Source: an uncultured Hyphomicrobiales bacterium
GTDB lineage: Bacteria; Pseudomonadota; Alphaproteobacteria; Rhizobiales; JAJFHR01
Reading direction: 5' to 3'
DNA length: 33,312 nucleotides
Assembly (NCBI GenBank): GCA_964549055.1
Contig: CAZJUF010000001.1
Span: forward strand, 6,765 to 40,076
Shown here: positions 8,418 through 17,710 of the stretch, piece after piece
Layout of the letters: the number at the start of each line of letters is the position of its first letter
Numbering within the stretch: the first letter of the stretch is position 1
Notes under the pieces: model-generated
Seen by the model: only the letters and a program-made list of their open reading frames with translations
Databases searched by the model: none
Told to the model about the DNA's origin: nothing
Program-made: the position numbers and the translations under genes

Positions 8418-10309
8418 GCCGCCCGGCCTTCAAACTGCAAATGATTTCCACCAAGGAAAACCCGGCACCATTGCTCGAAGCTCAGGAATGACCAGATCAG
8501 CAGTCTGTGGTTGGCTTTTTTTGACATATGTTCTTCGACAATTTTGCGGATGAAGTCGGGGTTAAGATAATCCGCTGAGGCAAGGTCTTTGGACAGCAGG
8601 GTTTCGCGCACATAATCTGCATTCTCACCGCGATACCACGAAGCCTCAGGCGATGAAAACCCTTGTTTGCGGCGTTGAATGACCTCACGCGGAACCAGGT
8701 GAGCCATGGCCTGGCGCAGACAGGACTTGCCGCCAGAAAACGCTTCTTGAGCAATGAGCTTCTTTTTGACTTCGTCTTCGTCAATATCAAGCATGTGTTT
8801 CAGGTCTGCGAGCTTGTGCTCGACCGGCAGACGCATGGCAAAATCAACCAGCGCATTGTCAAGAAAGGGAAAGCGCTCTTCGAGACCACTGGCCATCGCC
8901 AGCTTGTCGCCAACAAGGAGAAGGCCGGCAAGGAAGGTGCGGCATTCAAAATAAAGCGATGCTGAAATTTGTTCCTCCGGCGTTTGAAAACCAATGTTAC
9001 CGGCTTTGGAAAAGACACTGGCGAAAATATTGAACATCTCGTCTTTGTTTTCAGTACCGGAACGAAACAGCTCATCGCGGTCTTTTGCCGTGGTCAACCG
9101 TTGCCAGAAACCATAGTAGTTTTCCAGAAAGTTCTGCTTGTCGAGCGAGCGAAAAATACGGTAGTAGCGCCATGGATAGCCACCGAACAATTCATCGCCG
9201 CCCGCTCCCGACAGACAAACCTTGACGAATTTCGAGGCGAGACGAGCGATATAATAATTGGGATAGCTCATGCCAAGCCGTAAATCCTCAAGCTGCCAGA
9301 TCACCCGTGGCAGCGACCAGCGGATGTCTCCAGCATTCATCACCTGCTCATAATGCTCAGTCTTGTAGGTGTAGGCCATCAACTCGGCGGCGCGGCGTTC
9401 GTCAAATGAGGCTTCGGTGCCGTCCACTCGAGACATTTCAAAGCCCGCCGTAAAGGTTTGCATACGCGGCACGTGATTGGCTGCCAGTGCTACAATTGAG
9501 CCCGAATCCATGCCACCGGAAAGATAGGCGCCAACAGGAACATCCGAGACCAGTTGCCGTTCCACCGCCTCTCCCATCAGTCGTTCCAAAGTAGCAACGC
9601 TTTCCCTGGTATCGATTGGTTCAACTTGTGAAAAATCGTAATCCCAATAGGTCTCGAGCCGCTCGCCTTGCGCATCGATGACAAGTATTGATGCTGGTGG
9701 AAGGTGTTCAACGTCGCAAAACAGTGTGTGGTTGCGAAACAGGTTTTGAAAGGTAAAATATTCACGAAGGGCTGCATCATTAACCTGGACGGTGAAATCA
9801 GGGTGTTTCATGAACGCCTTGATTTCTGATGCAAAGGCAAGACCTTTTCGCCTCCGCCACAAATAAAGCGGCTTGACGCCATAGCGGTCACGCACTAAAA
9901 ACAGCCGTTTTTCATCAGCGTCCCACAGCGCAAACGCTGCCATGCCGTCTAATCGGCCGGCAAGTTTCTGAATGCCCCAGATCGCATAACCGGCGATCAG
10001 GACTTCAGTGTCGGAACGGCTTTTGAAGGTCCAGCCTGCCTTTTCCAACTCCAGCCGTAATTCCCGGAAATTGTAAATCTCTCCGTTATAGACAACGACG
10101 ATGCGCCCGTCGGGCGATTTCATCGGCTGGTGAGCTGCATCGGTCAGATCGATGATCGACAATCTCTGATGGCCCAGCCCCAGGGTGCCATCCACATAAA
10201 CCCCTTTGTCATCAGGCCCGCGATGAGCCAACGCATCGCGCATGGCAATCAGCACCTGTTCGTCGACGGGTGCGCCATCAAAATTGAAAATACCGACTAT
10301 GCCGCACAT
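8414..10309 (-). CDS. Asparagine synthase (glutamine-hydrolysing)-family amidotransferase, copy 1
   Basis: 631 aa. It begins MCGIVGIF (Ntn Cys2), followed by HRGPDD and a PP-loop region GAYLSGGMDSGSIV. Confidence 0.85.
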   Translation of the reverse strand: MCGIVGIFNFDGAPVDEQVLIAMRDALAHRGPDDKGVYVDGTLGLGHQRLSIIDLTDAAHQPMKSPDGRIVVVYNGEIYNFRELRLELEKAGWTFKSRSDTEVLIAGYAIWGIQKLAGRLDGMAAFALWDADEKRLFLVRDRYGVKPLYLWRRRKGLAFASEIKAFMKHPDFTVQVNDAALREYFTFQNLFRNHTLFCDVEHLPPASILVIDAQGERLETYWDYDFSQVEPIDTRESVATLERLMGEAVERQLVSDVPVGAYLSGGMDSGSIVALAANHVPRMQTFTAGFEMSRVDGTEASFDERRAAELMAYTYKTEHYEQVMNAGDIRWSLPRVIWQLEDLRLGMSYPNYYIARLASKFVKVCLSGAGGDELFGGYPWRYYRIFRSLDKQNFLENYYGFWQRLTTAKDRDELFRSGTENKDEMFNIFASVFSKAGNIGFQTPEEQISASLYFECRTFLAGLLLVGDKLAMASGLEERFPFLDNALVDFAMRLPVEHKLADLKHMLDIDEDEVKKKLIAQEAFSGGKSCLRQAMAHLVPREVIQRRKQGFSSPEASWYRGENADYVRETLLSKDLASADYLNPDFIRKIVEEHMSKKANHRLLIWSFLSFEQWCRVFLGGNHLQFEGRAA

Positions 10310-10353
10310 CGACTATGCCTCAATCTGCAATGAAAAAATGTCCACCGGGATAT

Positions 10354-11505
10354 TCAACGAAGCTTCTCCAATGCCATAACAACACGATCCACATCTTCAG
10401 CCCCCATGTGGTTGTGCAGGGGCAGTGCGATGCTTTGGGCTTCGACCCGCGTTGCCACCGGATAATCAGCAGGATTGGTTGCAAATGTTTCGCGGTAGAT
10501 TTTCAATCCGACAACTGAATGAGTACCCGGGCGCCCGGCGATGCCACTGTCCTGGAGGTGTTGAAGAATATCATTGCGGCGGGGAACACCGGCGACATCA
10601 TCAACCATCACAACATAGGCCTGTAATGCGTGGTCATAGTCTTGGGGCCTGAGCGGTGGTGCAATCCAGTTTAATTTCTTCAGGCGCTCGTCATATAAAT
10701 CCGCAAGCTCTTGGCGCTCAGCAATAAATCGGTCAAGTTTTTGAAGCTGGATGGTGGCGACCGCCGCCTGAATATCCGTCATGCGATAATTGAAGCCAAA
10801 GACCGTAAAATCCGGCAACTCATAGGGTTTGGGACCACGATGGCGCACTTCCTCAGAGATGCTGGCACCGTGATTGCGATACATATCCAATTTGGCTGCT
10901 AAACTGTCATCATCGGTGGTTACAACACCGCCTTCACCACAAGTTATGGATTTGCGCGGATGCAGGGAAAAACAGCCTATATGGCCGAGTGAGCCCGCCG
11001 GTCTGCCCTTGTAGGCCGCCCCGGCAGCACAGGCTGCATCCTCTATTACAACAACATGTTCCGGCAAAACCGCCGTCAAAGCATCCATGTCGGCTGCCAG
11101 CCCGAAAAGATGCACCGGGATGATTGCCCTGGTGCGGGGCGTTACAGCGCGCTCGACAGCTTCAGGATCAAGGTTGTAGGTATCGGCGCGAATATCGACA
11201 AAGACCGGTATCGCACCACATTGAACAACCACATTAGCGGTGGCCACCCAGGTGAATGCCGGCACTATAACTTCGTCGCCTTTTCCAACACCGGCAGCAA
11301 CTAGGGCCAGGTGCAGAGCCGTTGTGCACGAGGTTGTTGCCAGTGCGTGGCGCACGCCGTGACGTTTGGCAAATCCAGCTTCGAATTTACCTACCCACGG
11401 TCCTTGCGTCAGCCAGCCGGACTCAAGCACCGAACGGACGGCTTCAACTTCTTCTTCGCCCAGACAAGGCTTGGCAATTGGTAGAAAGGCTTGCTGTTTG
11501 GTCAT
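10354..11505 (-). CDS. DegT/DnrJ/EryC1/StrS-family sugar aminotransferase
   Basis: The ORF track gives 10354..11526 with a TTG start. I prefer ATG 11505 (MTKQQAFLPIAKPCLGEEEVEAVRSVLESGWLTQGP...) with GGTGAG upstream. The PLP-lysine context is FSLHPRKSITCGEGG. Confidence 0.85.
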   Translation of the reverse strand: MTKQQAFLPIAKPCLGEEEVEAVRSVLESGWLTQGPWVGKFEAGFAKRHGVRHALATTSCTTALHLALVAAGVGKGDEVIVPAFTWVATANVVVQCGAIPVFVDIRADTYNLDPEAVERAVTPRTRAIIPVHLFGLAADMDALTAVLPEHVVVIEDAACAAGAAYKGRPAGSLGHIGCFSLHPRKSITCGEGGVVTTDDDSLAAKLDMYRNHGASISEEVRHRGPKPYELPDFTVFGFNYRMTDIQAAVATIQLQKLDRFIAERQELADLYDERLKKLNWIAPPLRPQDYDHALQAYVVMVDDVAGVPRRNDILQHLQDSGIAGRPGTHSVVGLKIYRETFATNPADYPVATRVEAQSIALPLHNHMGAEDVDRVVMALEKLR

Positions 11506-11526
11506 AATAATCTCACCAATTCTCAA

Positions 11527-13431
11527 TCACGAATAAAGTTCGTCTGTCTCAGGCGGCAACCCTTTGGCAACACGATCTATCACCATCTCGAAACGACGCG
11601 CGCACACGTCGGCGGCAAACCATTTGAGCGCAAATGCTCGCGATTGCACAGACATTTCCTGCCGTTTTTCCGGGTCGTTTACCAGATCTCTCAACACACC
11701 TTCGATTGTCTGCTCAGTGGCATTCAGGGCGGGCGCTTCGGCAATGGTGCGAAGCTCGGGCATTCCCTCACCTTGCCCGGGCATCAGCCGTGTGATTACG
11801 GGTTTTCCCTGCATGAAGCTTTCACGCCCATTGGCACCAATCCGACCGTAGTTCAGTTGATCAACAACGATATCGGCCTGCGCCTTGTAGTAGCGGATCT
11901 TTTGGATAGGAAGTTTGGAGGCAAAAAACAGTTTAACGCCAAGCCCTTCGTCCTGCAACTTGGCAATTGCCGCCTCGATTGCAGTGCTACCCTTGATGTC
12001 ACGACCACCAGCGCGTCTGGCCTCAAGATTCCCTACCGCGTGGTAAATGAGGATTTCGCCTGGTTTACGCTCAATGCGCATTTCTTCCGGCACTTCGAGG
12101 TCCGGCGTCCAGTAATCCGGATCAAGGGTGGATACAATTGGCCCGCGGACAAATTTTGGACCAACGCGGTCTCCAACAGCCCAATCGCCCTCGATCCCGA
12201 TCCAGTCACAGATATCGTCCAGAGTATGTGCCCATGCCTGGTTTTTGGCGTCGCTACAAACATCGGGGCGGAGCTCCCAGACGCAGCGCCCGCAAACATT
12301 ATCGGAAATTTGCCTGATTGCCGATTGAGACGTGCCGTCAACGCAGCCACTCGCTGTATAACCAATGATGGTGCGATGGCGGCGAAGTTCCATAAAATCC
12401 CACGGAAATCTGGTTCTGTTTTTGGCGTTGTCATTGTTTTCATGAAAAAAACTGGGCCGATACTGACCGTAAAATTGCACGGCTCCAAAACGTTCCGGTA
12501 CGGTCTGTAGAAATTCACAAATCTGCCGGTGCCGGATTGCGGGATCGTCGTGATAAAGGTTGATATCTTCGCCAAAATAAAACTGCTGCTGCGCGCTACC
12601 CGGAGGCTCTACAGACACGGTAATCGCGTCCCATCCGCGTTTTTTTAACGCTGCGGCAAGCGTGTTGAAATGGTAGTAATTATTATGGAGAAATAACACG
12701 GATCGTGATTTTGGCTGGGCGGGCACCATCTTCGGCAACAGGTCTGCTGCATCGAAAGGCAGGGGCACACCTGTTTTAGTGCCTGCAAGCTGTGGCAGAT
12801 ATGCCGCCTGTCCATTCGCCATAAAATCGATAAGGTCGGGCTCCCGCTTTAGGGCATCCATAGTATCGTTGTAGAGGCGTTGCTCCGCTTCAGTGGTGTC
12901 CGGTTGCATCTCATCCATATGCAAAGTGGATTTCTCCAACTTCATCGCATCAAAAATAAGTCGCGCACCTTTGGGATACCGGCTGATAAATTCCAGTAGC
13001 TGCGGCTGATCTTCAGGTGGGCCAAGACGGCCTTGTACATCCAGACGCTGCAAGACAACCCGCTGAACCATGCCAGCGTTAAGATCGTTGCATATCGCTT
13101 CACCGGAAATGCCATTAAATCCTTCCGGTACCTTTCCACCTTCCCCGATTGCTACAAATCGCAGAGTTTCTTTTCGGCGCACACCGAAAACCCGATCTTC
13201 CGTTGAAAATGCTTGCTGCCAAAAAGGATCGTTCTTGACGCCTTCAAAAAATGCTTGGCGATGGGCCTCCAGCTCCTCATTCAATTTATTGTTGGAAATC
13301 TGTAACTCCAGCACTTCCATGCGAAGCTTCTCAAGCGACGTATTTACGAAGGTCCGCCAAACAAGGAATCTTCGTAGCAGGTTGAACTTCCTGCAGGTCA
13401 CACGAAATCGCTCAATCATCGAGTTAGTCAT
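11527..13431 (-). CDS. Large glycosyltransferase-like protein: N-terminal coiled coil plus unknown domain plus GT-B (GT1/GT4-like) C-terminal half
   Basis: 634 aa. A heptad-like stretch SLEKLRMEVLELQISNNKLNEELEAHRQ lies near the N-terminus. A Rossmann-like segment SVLFLHNNYYHFNTLAAALKKRGWD follows. The C-terminal segment ...GANGRESFMQGKPVITRL... resembles the donor-binding half of GT-B enzymes. Confidence 0.5.
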   Translation of the reverse strand: MTNSMIERFRVTCRKFNLLRRFLVWRTFVNTSLEKLRMEVLELQISNNKLNEELEAHRQAFFEGVKNDPFWQQAFSTEDRVFGVRRKETLRFVAIGEGGKVPEGFNGISGEAICNDLNAGMVQRVVLQRLDVQGRLGPPEDQPQLLEFISRYPKGARLIFDAMKLEKSTLHMDEMQPDTTEAEQRLYNDTMDALKREPDLIDFMANGQAAYLPQLAGTKTGVPLPFDAADLLPKMVPAQPKSRSVLFLHNNYYHFNTLAAALKKRGWDAITVSVEPPGSAQQQFYFGEDINLYHDDPAIRHRQICEFLQTVPERFGAVQFYGQYRPSFFHENNDNAKNRTRFPWDFMELRRHRTIIGYTASGCVDGTSQSAIRQISDNVCGRCVWELRPDVCSDAKNQAWAHTLDDICDWIGIEGDWAVGDRVGPKFVRGPIVSTLDPDYWTPDLEVPEEMRIERKPGEILIYHAVGNLEARRAGGRDIKGSTAIEAAIAKLQDEGLGVKLFFASKLPIQKIRYYKAQADIVVDQLNYGRIGANGRESFMQGKPVITRLMPGQGEGMPELRTIAEAPALNATEQTIEGVLRDLVNDPEKRQEMSVQSRAFALKWFAADVCARRFEMVIDRVAKGLPPETDELYS

Positions 13432-13463
13432 TTCGCCCCGGCAATCGTTTTTGGTTCATGTTA

Positions 13464-14432
13464 TCACCTCACAGCTCTGTCCGCCTGACGCCAGGCGATG
13501 AGTTGTTTGAGGCCGTCTTTCAAGGGGATTTTGGCCGTAAATCCAATCTCTTGTGTCGCGCGTTCAGGGCAGCCTATGCGATTGCGCACCAACGTTGCCG
13601 CACTGCGTGGGGCATATTGTATCTCCTGGTTACAGCCGGTCAATTGGCAGAGAATTTCAGCCAGCTCCTTGAGTGACGTTCGCGTGCCGGTGCCAACATT
13701 GTAGAACTGGTCGACAGTATCAGCGCGCAGGGCGCAAAGATTTGCACGCGCACAATCTTCGACCGCGACAAAATCAAAGGCTTCCGAACCATCGCCCAGA
13801 ATGGTTGGCCCTTCGCCACGGTCGATGGCATCCAGCATTTTCATGATGACGGCGATATAAGCACCCTTGTAGTCCTGGCGCGGCCCGTAAACATTCATAT
13901 ATCTGAGACCGGCAACATTGAGGCCGTAACGATGATGGAAGGCGCGTGCCATGGCTTCGCCGCAAATCTTGGTGGCACCATAAAAGTTTTTGTTATTGAA
14001 CGGATGGTCTTCGGTCATGGGTTCGGACACGGCATCGCCATAGACCGAAGCCGAGGAGGAATAAATCAGGCGCTTTACATCTTTGGCGACACAGGCTTCA
14101 AGCACATTGAACATACCGCGCACATTGACGTCGAATGCGGCGCGCGGATATTCGTGGCATTGCAGCAGCCACAATGCGGCCAGATGAAAAACGCCATCAG
14201 CACCTTCCAGCGCACTTTCGAGAACATCGCTTTGCAGGATGTCGCCACCCGCTTCAAAAATCTTCACCCGCGGATCACTCAGCGCGGCTGCAAGGTTTTC
14301 ATGCCGGCCACGAACGAAGTTGTCATAAATCAGTATCTCGCCAACATCGCTCGCAACCAGTTGATCGACAAGGTGTGATCCGATAAGGCCCGCACCGCCT
14401 ACCACCACTATTTTTTTACCTGTTATATCCAT
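13464..14432 (-). CDS. NAD-dependent nucleotide-sugar epimerase/dehydratase (extended SDR)
   Basis: 322 aa. Glycine-rich NAD motif VVVGGAGLIGSHLV, catalytic SSSASVYG and YGATKICGE (YxxxK). Confidence 0.85.
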   Translation of the reverse strand: MDITGKKIVVVGGAGLIGSHLVDQLVASDVGEILIYDNFVRGRHENLAAALSDPRVKIFEAGGDILQSDVLESALEGADGVFHLAALWLLQCHEYPRAAFDVNVRGMFNVLEACVAKDVKRLIYSSSASVYGDAVSEPMTEDHPFNNKNFYGATKICGEAMARAFHHRYGLNVAGLRYMNVYGPRQDYKGAYIAVIMKMLDAIDRGEGPTILGDGSEAFDFVAVEDCARANLCALRADTVDQFYNVGTGTRTSLKELAEILCQLTGCNQEIQYAPRSAATLVRNRIGCPERATQEIGFTAKIPLKDGLKQLIAWRQADRAVR

Positions 14433-14520
14433 GATGTTTCCTGCTCGTTACGGGCTCCACTGCCGAATGCAATTTTTTTGATAAATTTATAAACCACGAA
14501 GTGCGACCCAAAAGAATTTT

Positions 14521-15603
14521 TCATTCCAGTATCATATGATCACGAAAAACCAAATGCCTGAAATATTCGACTAACCCGGGAGAATAGCCTTCATCGACAT
14601 AGGAAAACTGTCGAAGACAGGTACTGGCTGGCCGGAAGAAGTTTTGCACCACCGTGCCGTCCGAATGTCGATATGTTCGCGGCAACTTTTCGATTAGCGC
14701 GACAATTTCTATATTGTTTTTATCCGCAGTGTAATTTTCCAACCGTAGTTGATCTGCTCCGATCGGGGTGCCTTTGGTGTCCGTAACCATTAGGGCAAGC
14801 CATGGATCGAAAATAACATATTGGTTCAACTCTTCTATCCAGATTTCAGCCGTACTGTGCCCATAGCTTATCAGATCTGGAATATGACGACCATAATTGA
14901 AGGCTTCAACGGCGCGGGCATTAAGGCCTTCCACGCCTTCAGATGCATGAAGAAATAAATCCCTCATACCCTGACACATAAGCGCGAATTCACCGTTTTG
15001 AACAATTTCAAGCTTGGCCTCGAGAGAATGTTGTAAAAAGTCGGAATAGCTTTTCGACGTCGGCCCCTGAACTACCGGTTGGCACCAGAGAAACTCCAGC
15101 AGCCCCGTTGCCATTTTCACTTCAGGAAACTTCGATCCACCCGCCGGTCTGATTTGCGGCAAAGATGGACGGCCTGCAAACTCCAGCGCATCAGCGCTAT
15201 ACAACGGACCGCCACAAACATTGATAGAACGTCGCCCAAGTATTGAATAACCGTCGGGTTTGCCGAAATCAAATTTCTGTTTGAGCCAATGTGCCGATTG
15301 CCTGATGAGTTCAAACCAGCTTTGGTCAGCGAACACAAAGATGGAATATTCATTATCAACCGGCTCGTTTTTGAGAGGGATTTTCAAAATACGTCTGTCC
15401 ATCGTCACGTCCGTGGCAAGATTGTTCAATTCATCCAAACTCAGTTGCAAAGGCACATTCTTCATATGGATAATTTTGATCGAACCCACTGATTTGTTGA
15501 AAGAGATTTCCAACGCTTCAGATGTTTGCGTAAATGCGACAATTGAGAGTGATTTTTTTGCAAATATTTTCTTTAACGACGCGATCAACACAATCAACCC
15601 CAA
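14521..15603 (-). CDS. Hypothetical protein with a possible transglutaminase-like Cys-His-Asp core
   Basis: 360-aa ORF in the operon, with visibly lower G+C than its neighbours. The segment ...ALMCQGMRDLFLHASEGVEGLNARAV...YGHSTAEIWIEELNQYVIFDPW... has the C...H...D spacing of transglutaminase-like cysteine-protease folds. The start is uncertain: TTG at 15603, first ATG at 15465. Confidence 0.45.
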   Translation of the reverse strand: MGLIVLIASLKKIFAKKSLSIVAFTQTSEALEISFNKSVGSIKIIHMKNVPLQLSLDELNNLATDVTMDRRILKIPLKNEPVDNEYSIFVFADQSWFELIRQSAHWLKQKFDFGKPDGYSILGRRSINVCGGPLYSADALEFAGRPSLPQIRPAGGSKFPEVKMATGLLEFLWCQPVVQGPTSKSYSDFLQHSLEAKLEIVQNGEFALMCQGMRDLFLHASEGVEGLNARAVEAFNYGRHIPDLISYGHSTAEIWIEELNQYVIFDPWLALMVTDTKGTPIGADQLRLENYTADKNNIEIVALIEKLPRTYRHSDGTVVQNFFRPASTCLRQFSYVDEGYSPGLVEYFRHLVFRDHMILE

Positions 15604-15648
15604 TTCGTTCGTGGTGGGCGCACAAAAATCACGCTGTGCTGTTCTTGC

Positions 15649-17562
15649 TCATGGTGCCATGCTGCGCCATTCAGCCGCCTTGTCGTGAAACGCCTGCTGC
15701 CACAGCTCGAGACTCAACAAGCCCCAGGTTTTGCGTGAAAAGCGGCTGTCGGCATTGAAACTCTCGAGAACCTTGTCAGAACGCATGAACGGACGGGCTT
15801 TGGCTGTTTGCGAGGAAAAAATATCGCGAACATAGTCCTTGAGCTCATTGCCATACCATTCTTTCAAAGGCACCGGGAACCCCATTTTGTCGCGCCGTGA
15901 CAGCAGTTTTTCCGGCAAAACGTCACTGAAGGCTGTTTTGAGCATATGCTTCATGTTGCCGCTTTCGAATTTTATGTCTGCGGGTACGGTGGCGGCGAAT
16001 TCGATCAGTGGATGATCCAGCATCGGCACCCGGCTTTCCAGACCATGGGCCATGCTCATACGATCTTCCACCTGCAACAGCGCTGGCAGCAGGCACTTGA
16101 AATCGAAATGCGTCATTTTATCAAAATAGGCTTCCTGGCTCACATTAGTGGTGGAATTAAAAATTCCTTCAAAGCGCTCAAACACACCTTCTTTATCAAG
16201 CCCGGTCCAGTCAACTTCGTCCTGCAGATCGTTGGAACGATCTATCAGGCGGAAATAGCGCTGGTCGAGATCTCCAAACAGGCCTTCCTGCCACAGCATT
16301 TGCATCATTGGTTTATATTCACGCAAAACTCCGAGATTGGGCACAATTGATTCAATCGTGACAATGTAATTGCCATTTCTGTAGGTGCCATCGAGTGCCG
16401 CTTTTAGGGATTGTTCCAGGTAAGCCACCAGATAGCGGGCATAGCCGCCGAAAATCTCGTCACCGCCTTGCCCGCCGAGCACCACTTTAACGTGGCGCGC
16501 GGCAAGTTCAGAAACCATATATTGAGGAAATGAACCCGGACCGGCAACCGGATAGTCTAGGTGATATATGACTTTTTGAATGTTGCTTTCGAAATCACTG
16601 GCGGTTATGTCGCATTGAAAAAGCTCGCCGTTAGCCGCATCGGCGGCCATTTCGGCATATGGGCTTTCATCATAGCCGTTATAATCAGTGAACTTGCCAT
16701 GGAAAAACTGGCGGTTTTGCGAGTTATGCCTGGCCGCCAGGATTGAAGTCAGGCTGGAATCAATGCCGCCCGACATATAACCGCCAACAGGAACATCTGC
16801 GCGCAAATGAACATCAATTGAATCATTCATGAGTTCGCGCAGGCGGTTGTAGAAATAGCGCGGTGAATGATCCCAGTCGATATTATAGTTCACATCCCAA
16901 TAGCGTTGAATGCTCATGTGGTTGTTTTCGATCACCAGCCGGTGGCCGGGCATCAATTGCTTAACGCCCTTGAACAAGGTGAGATCATCGACTGAGTACT
17001 GGAAAGTCAGGTATTGCGCCAGCGCCTCAGGCTCGGTGTCGATCTCCGGCAAAAACGGCATTAGCGCCTTGGGCTCGGAGGCAAAGTAAAAAACACCATC
17101 CACAGTCGCATAATAAAATGGCTTGATGCCAAAACGGTCGCGCGCGGCAATCAGGCGTTGGCGTTTCTCATCCCAAATGGCGAACGCGAACATACCACGC
17201 AGATGGGTCGTAAAATCGTCACCGTGGCGCTCATAAGCAGCGAGAATGGTTTCGGTGTCGGAGGATCCCTTGAATTGCCAGCCGTCTTTTAGTGCCTCAC
17301 GCAATTCGAGATAATTGTAAACTTCGCCGTTATGGGAGATGACGCAGCCGTTGGGTCCGCTCATCGGCTGGGCACCGGTATCCGACAGGTCAATGATTGA
17401 CAATCGCCGGTGCGCCAGACCCGCCTGATCTTTATCCGCACACCACACCCCCTCACCATCGGGGCCGCGATGAGCAATAATCTCGCCCATGACTTGCAGC
17501 TTTCGCTGCAGGTGCTTGATCGGCTGACCGCTGATACTGACTATTCCGGCAATTCCACACAT
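15649..17562 (-). CDS. Asparagine synthase (glutamine-hydrolysing)-family amidotransferase, copy 2
   Basis: The ORF track gives 15649..17586. I trimmed the start to ATG 17562 so that the protein begins MCGIAGIV (the catalytic Cys must be residue 2). It has HRGPDG and a PP-loop region GGYMSGGIDSSLT. Confidence 0.85.
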   Translation of the reverse strand: MCGIAGIVSISGQPIKHLQRKLQVMGEIIAHRGPDGEGVWCADKDQAGLAHRRLSIIDLSDTGAQPMSGPNGCVISHNGEVYNYLELREALKDGWQFKGSSDTETILAAYERHGDDFTTHLRGMFAFAIWDEKRQRLIAARDRFGIKPFYYATVDGVFYFASEPKALMPFLPEIDTEPEALAQYLTFQYSVDDLTLFKGVKQLMPGHRLVIENNHMSIQRYWDVNYNIDWDHSPRYFYNRLRELMNDSIDVHLRADVPVGGYMSGGIDSSLTSILAARHNSQNRQFFHGKFTDYNGYDESPYAEMAADAANGELFQCDITASDFESNIQKVIYHLDYPVAGPGSFPQYMVSELAARHVKVVLGGQGGDEIFGGYARYLVAYLEQSLKAALDGTYRNGNYIVTIESIVPNLGVLREYKPMMQMLWQEGLFGDLDQRYFRLIDRSNDLQDEVDWTGLDKEGVFERFEGIFNSTTNVSQEAYFDKMTHFDFKCLLPALLQVEDRMSMAHGLESRVPMLDHPLIEFAATVPADIKFESGNMKHMLKTAFSDVLPEKLLSRRDKMGFPVPLKEWYGNELKDYVRDIFSSQTAKARPFMRSDKVLESFNADSRFSRKTWGLLSLELWQQAFHDKAAEWRSMAP

Positions 17563-17710
17563 TTCGCAGAAGGCTCCCTTTCGCAAGTCGGTTAGACCTG
17601 TAACATTAACAAATTTTTGGTGCTGATTTCATGGCTTGAATGATGGTACGGCACACTGTCTTAAGTTTCCGTGCGGATGTGAAATATCACTATTGGGAAA
17701 AACCACTTTT

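Noticed and set aside
11491-12510. 339-aa plus-strand ORF, the longest unexplained ORF in the track
   Set aside because: It lies entirely antisense to the 634-aa GT-B-like gene, which has recognisable fold motifs. The antisense product has no motif, no RBS context, and an Arg/Gly/Leu-skewed composition typical of antisense frames.
14481-14490. ATAAATTTAT palindrome in the 88-nt gap before the epimerase gene
   Set aside because: It is a low-complexity AT palindrome of only 10 nt, easily produced by chance in AT-rich spacer, with no second copy.
15553-15559. T7 (A7 on the sense strand) homopolymer near the 5' end of the transglutaminase-like ORF, considered as a phase-variation tract
   Set aside because: Seven bases is short for slipped-strand switching. 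The tract may even lie upstream of the true start if ATG 15465 is used. Similar 7-nt runs occur elsewhere (14474-14480, 17850-17856).
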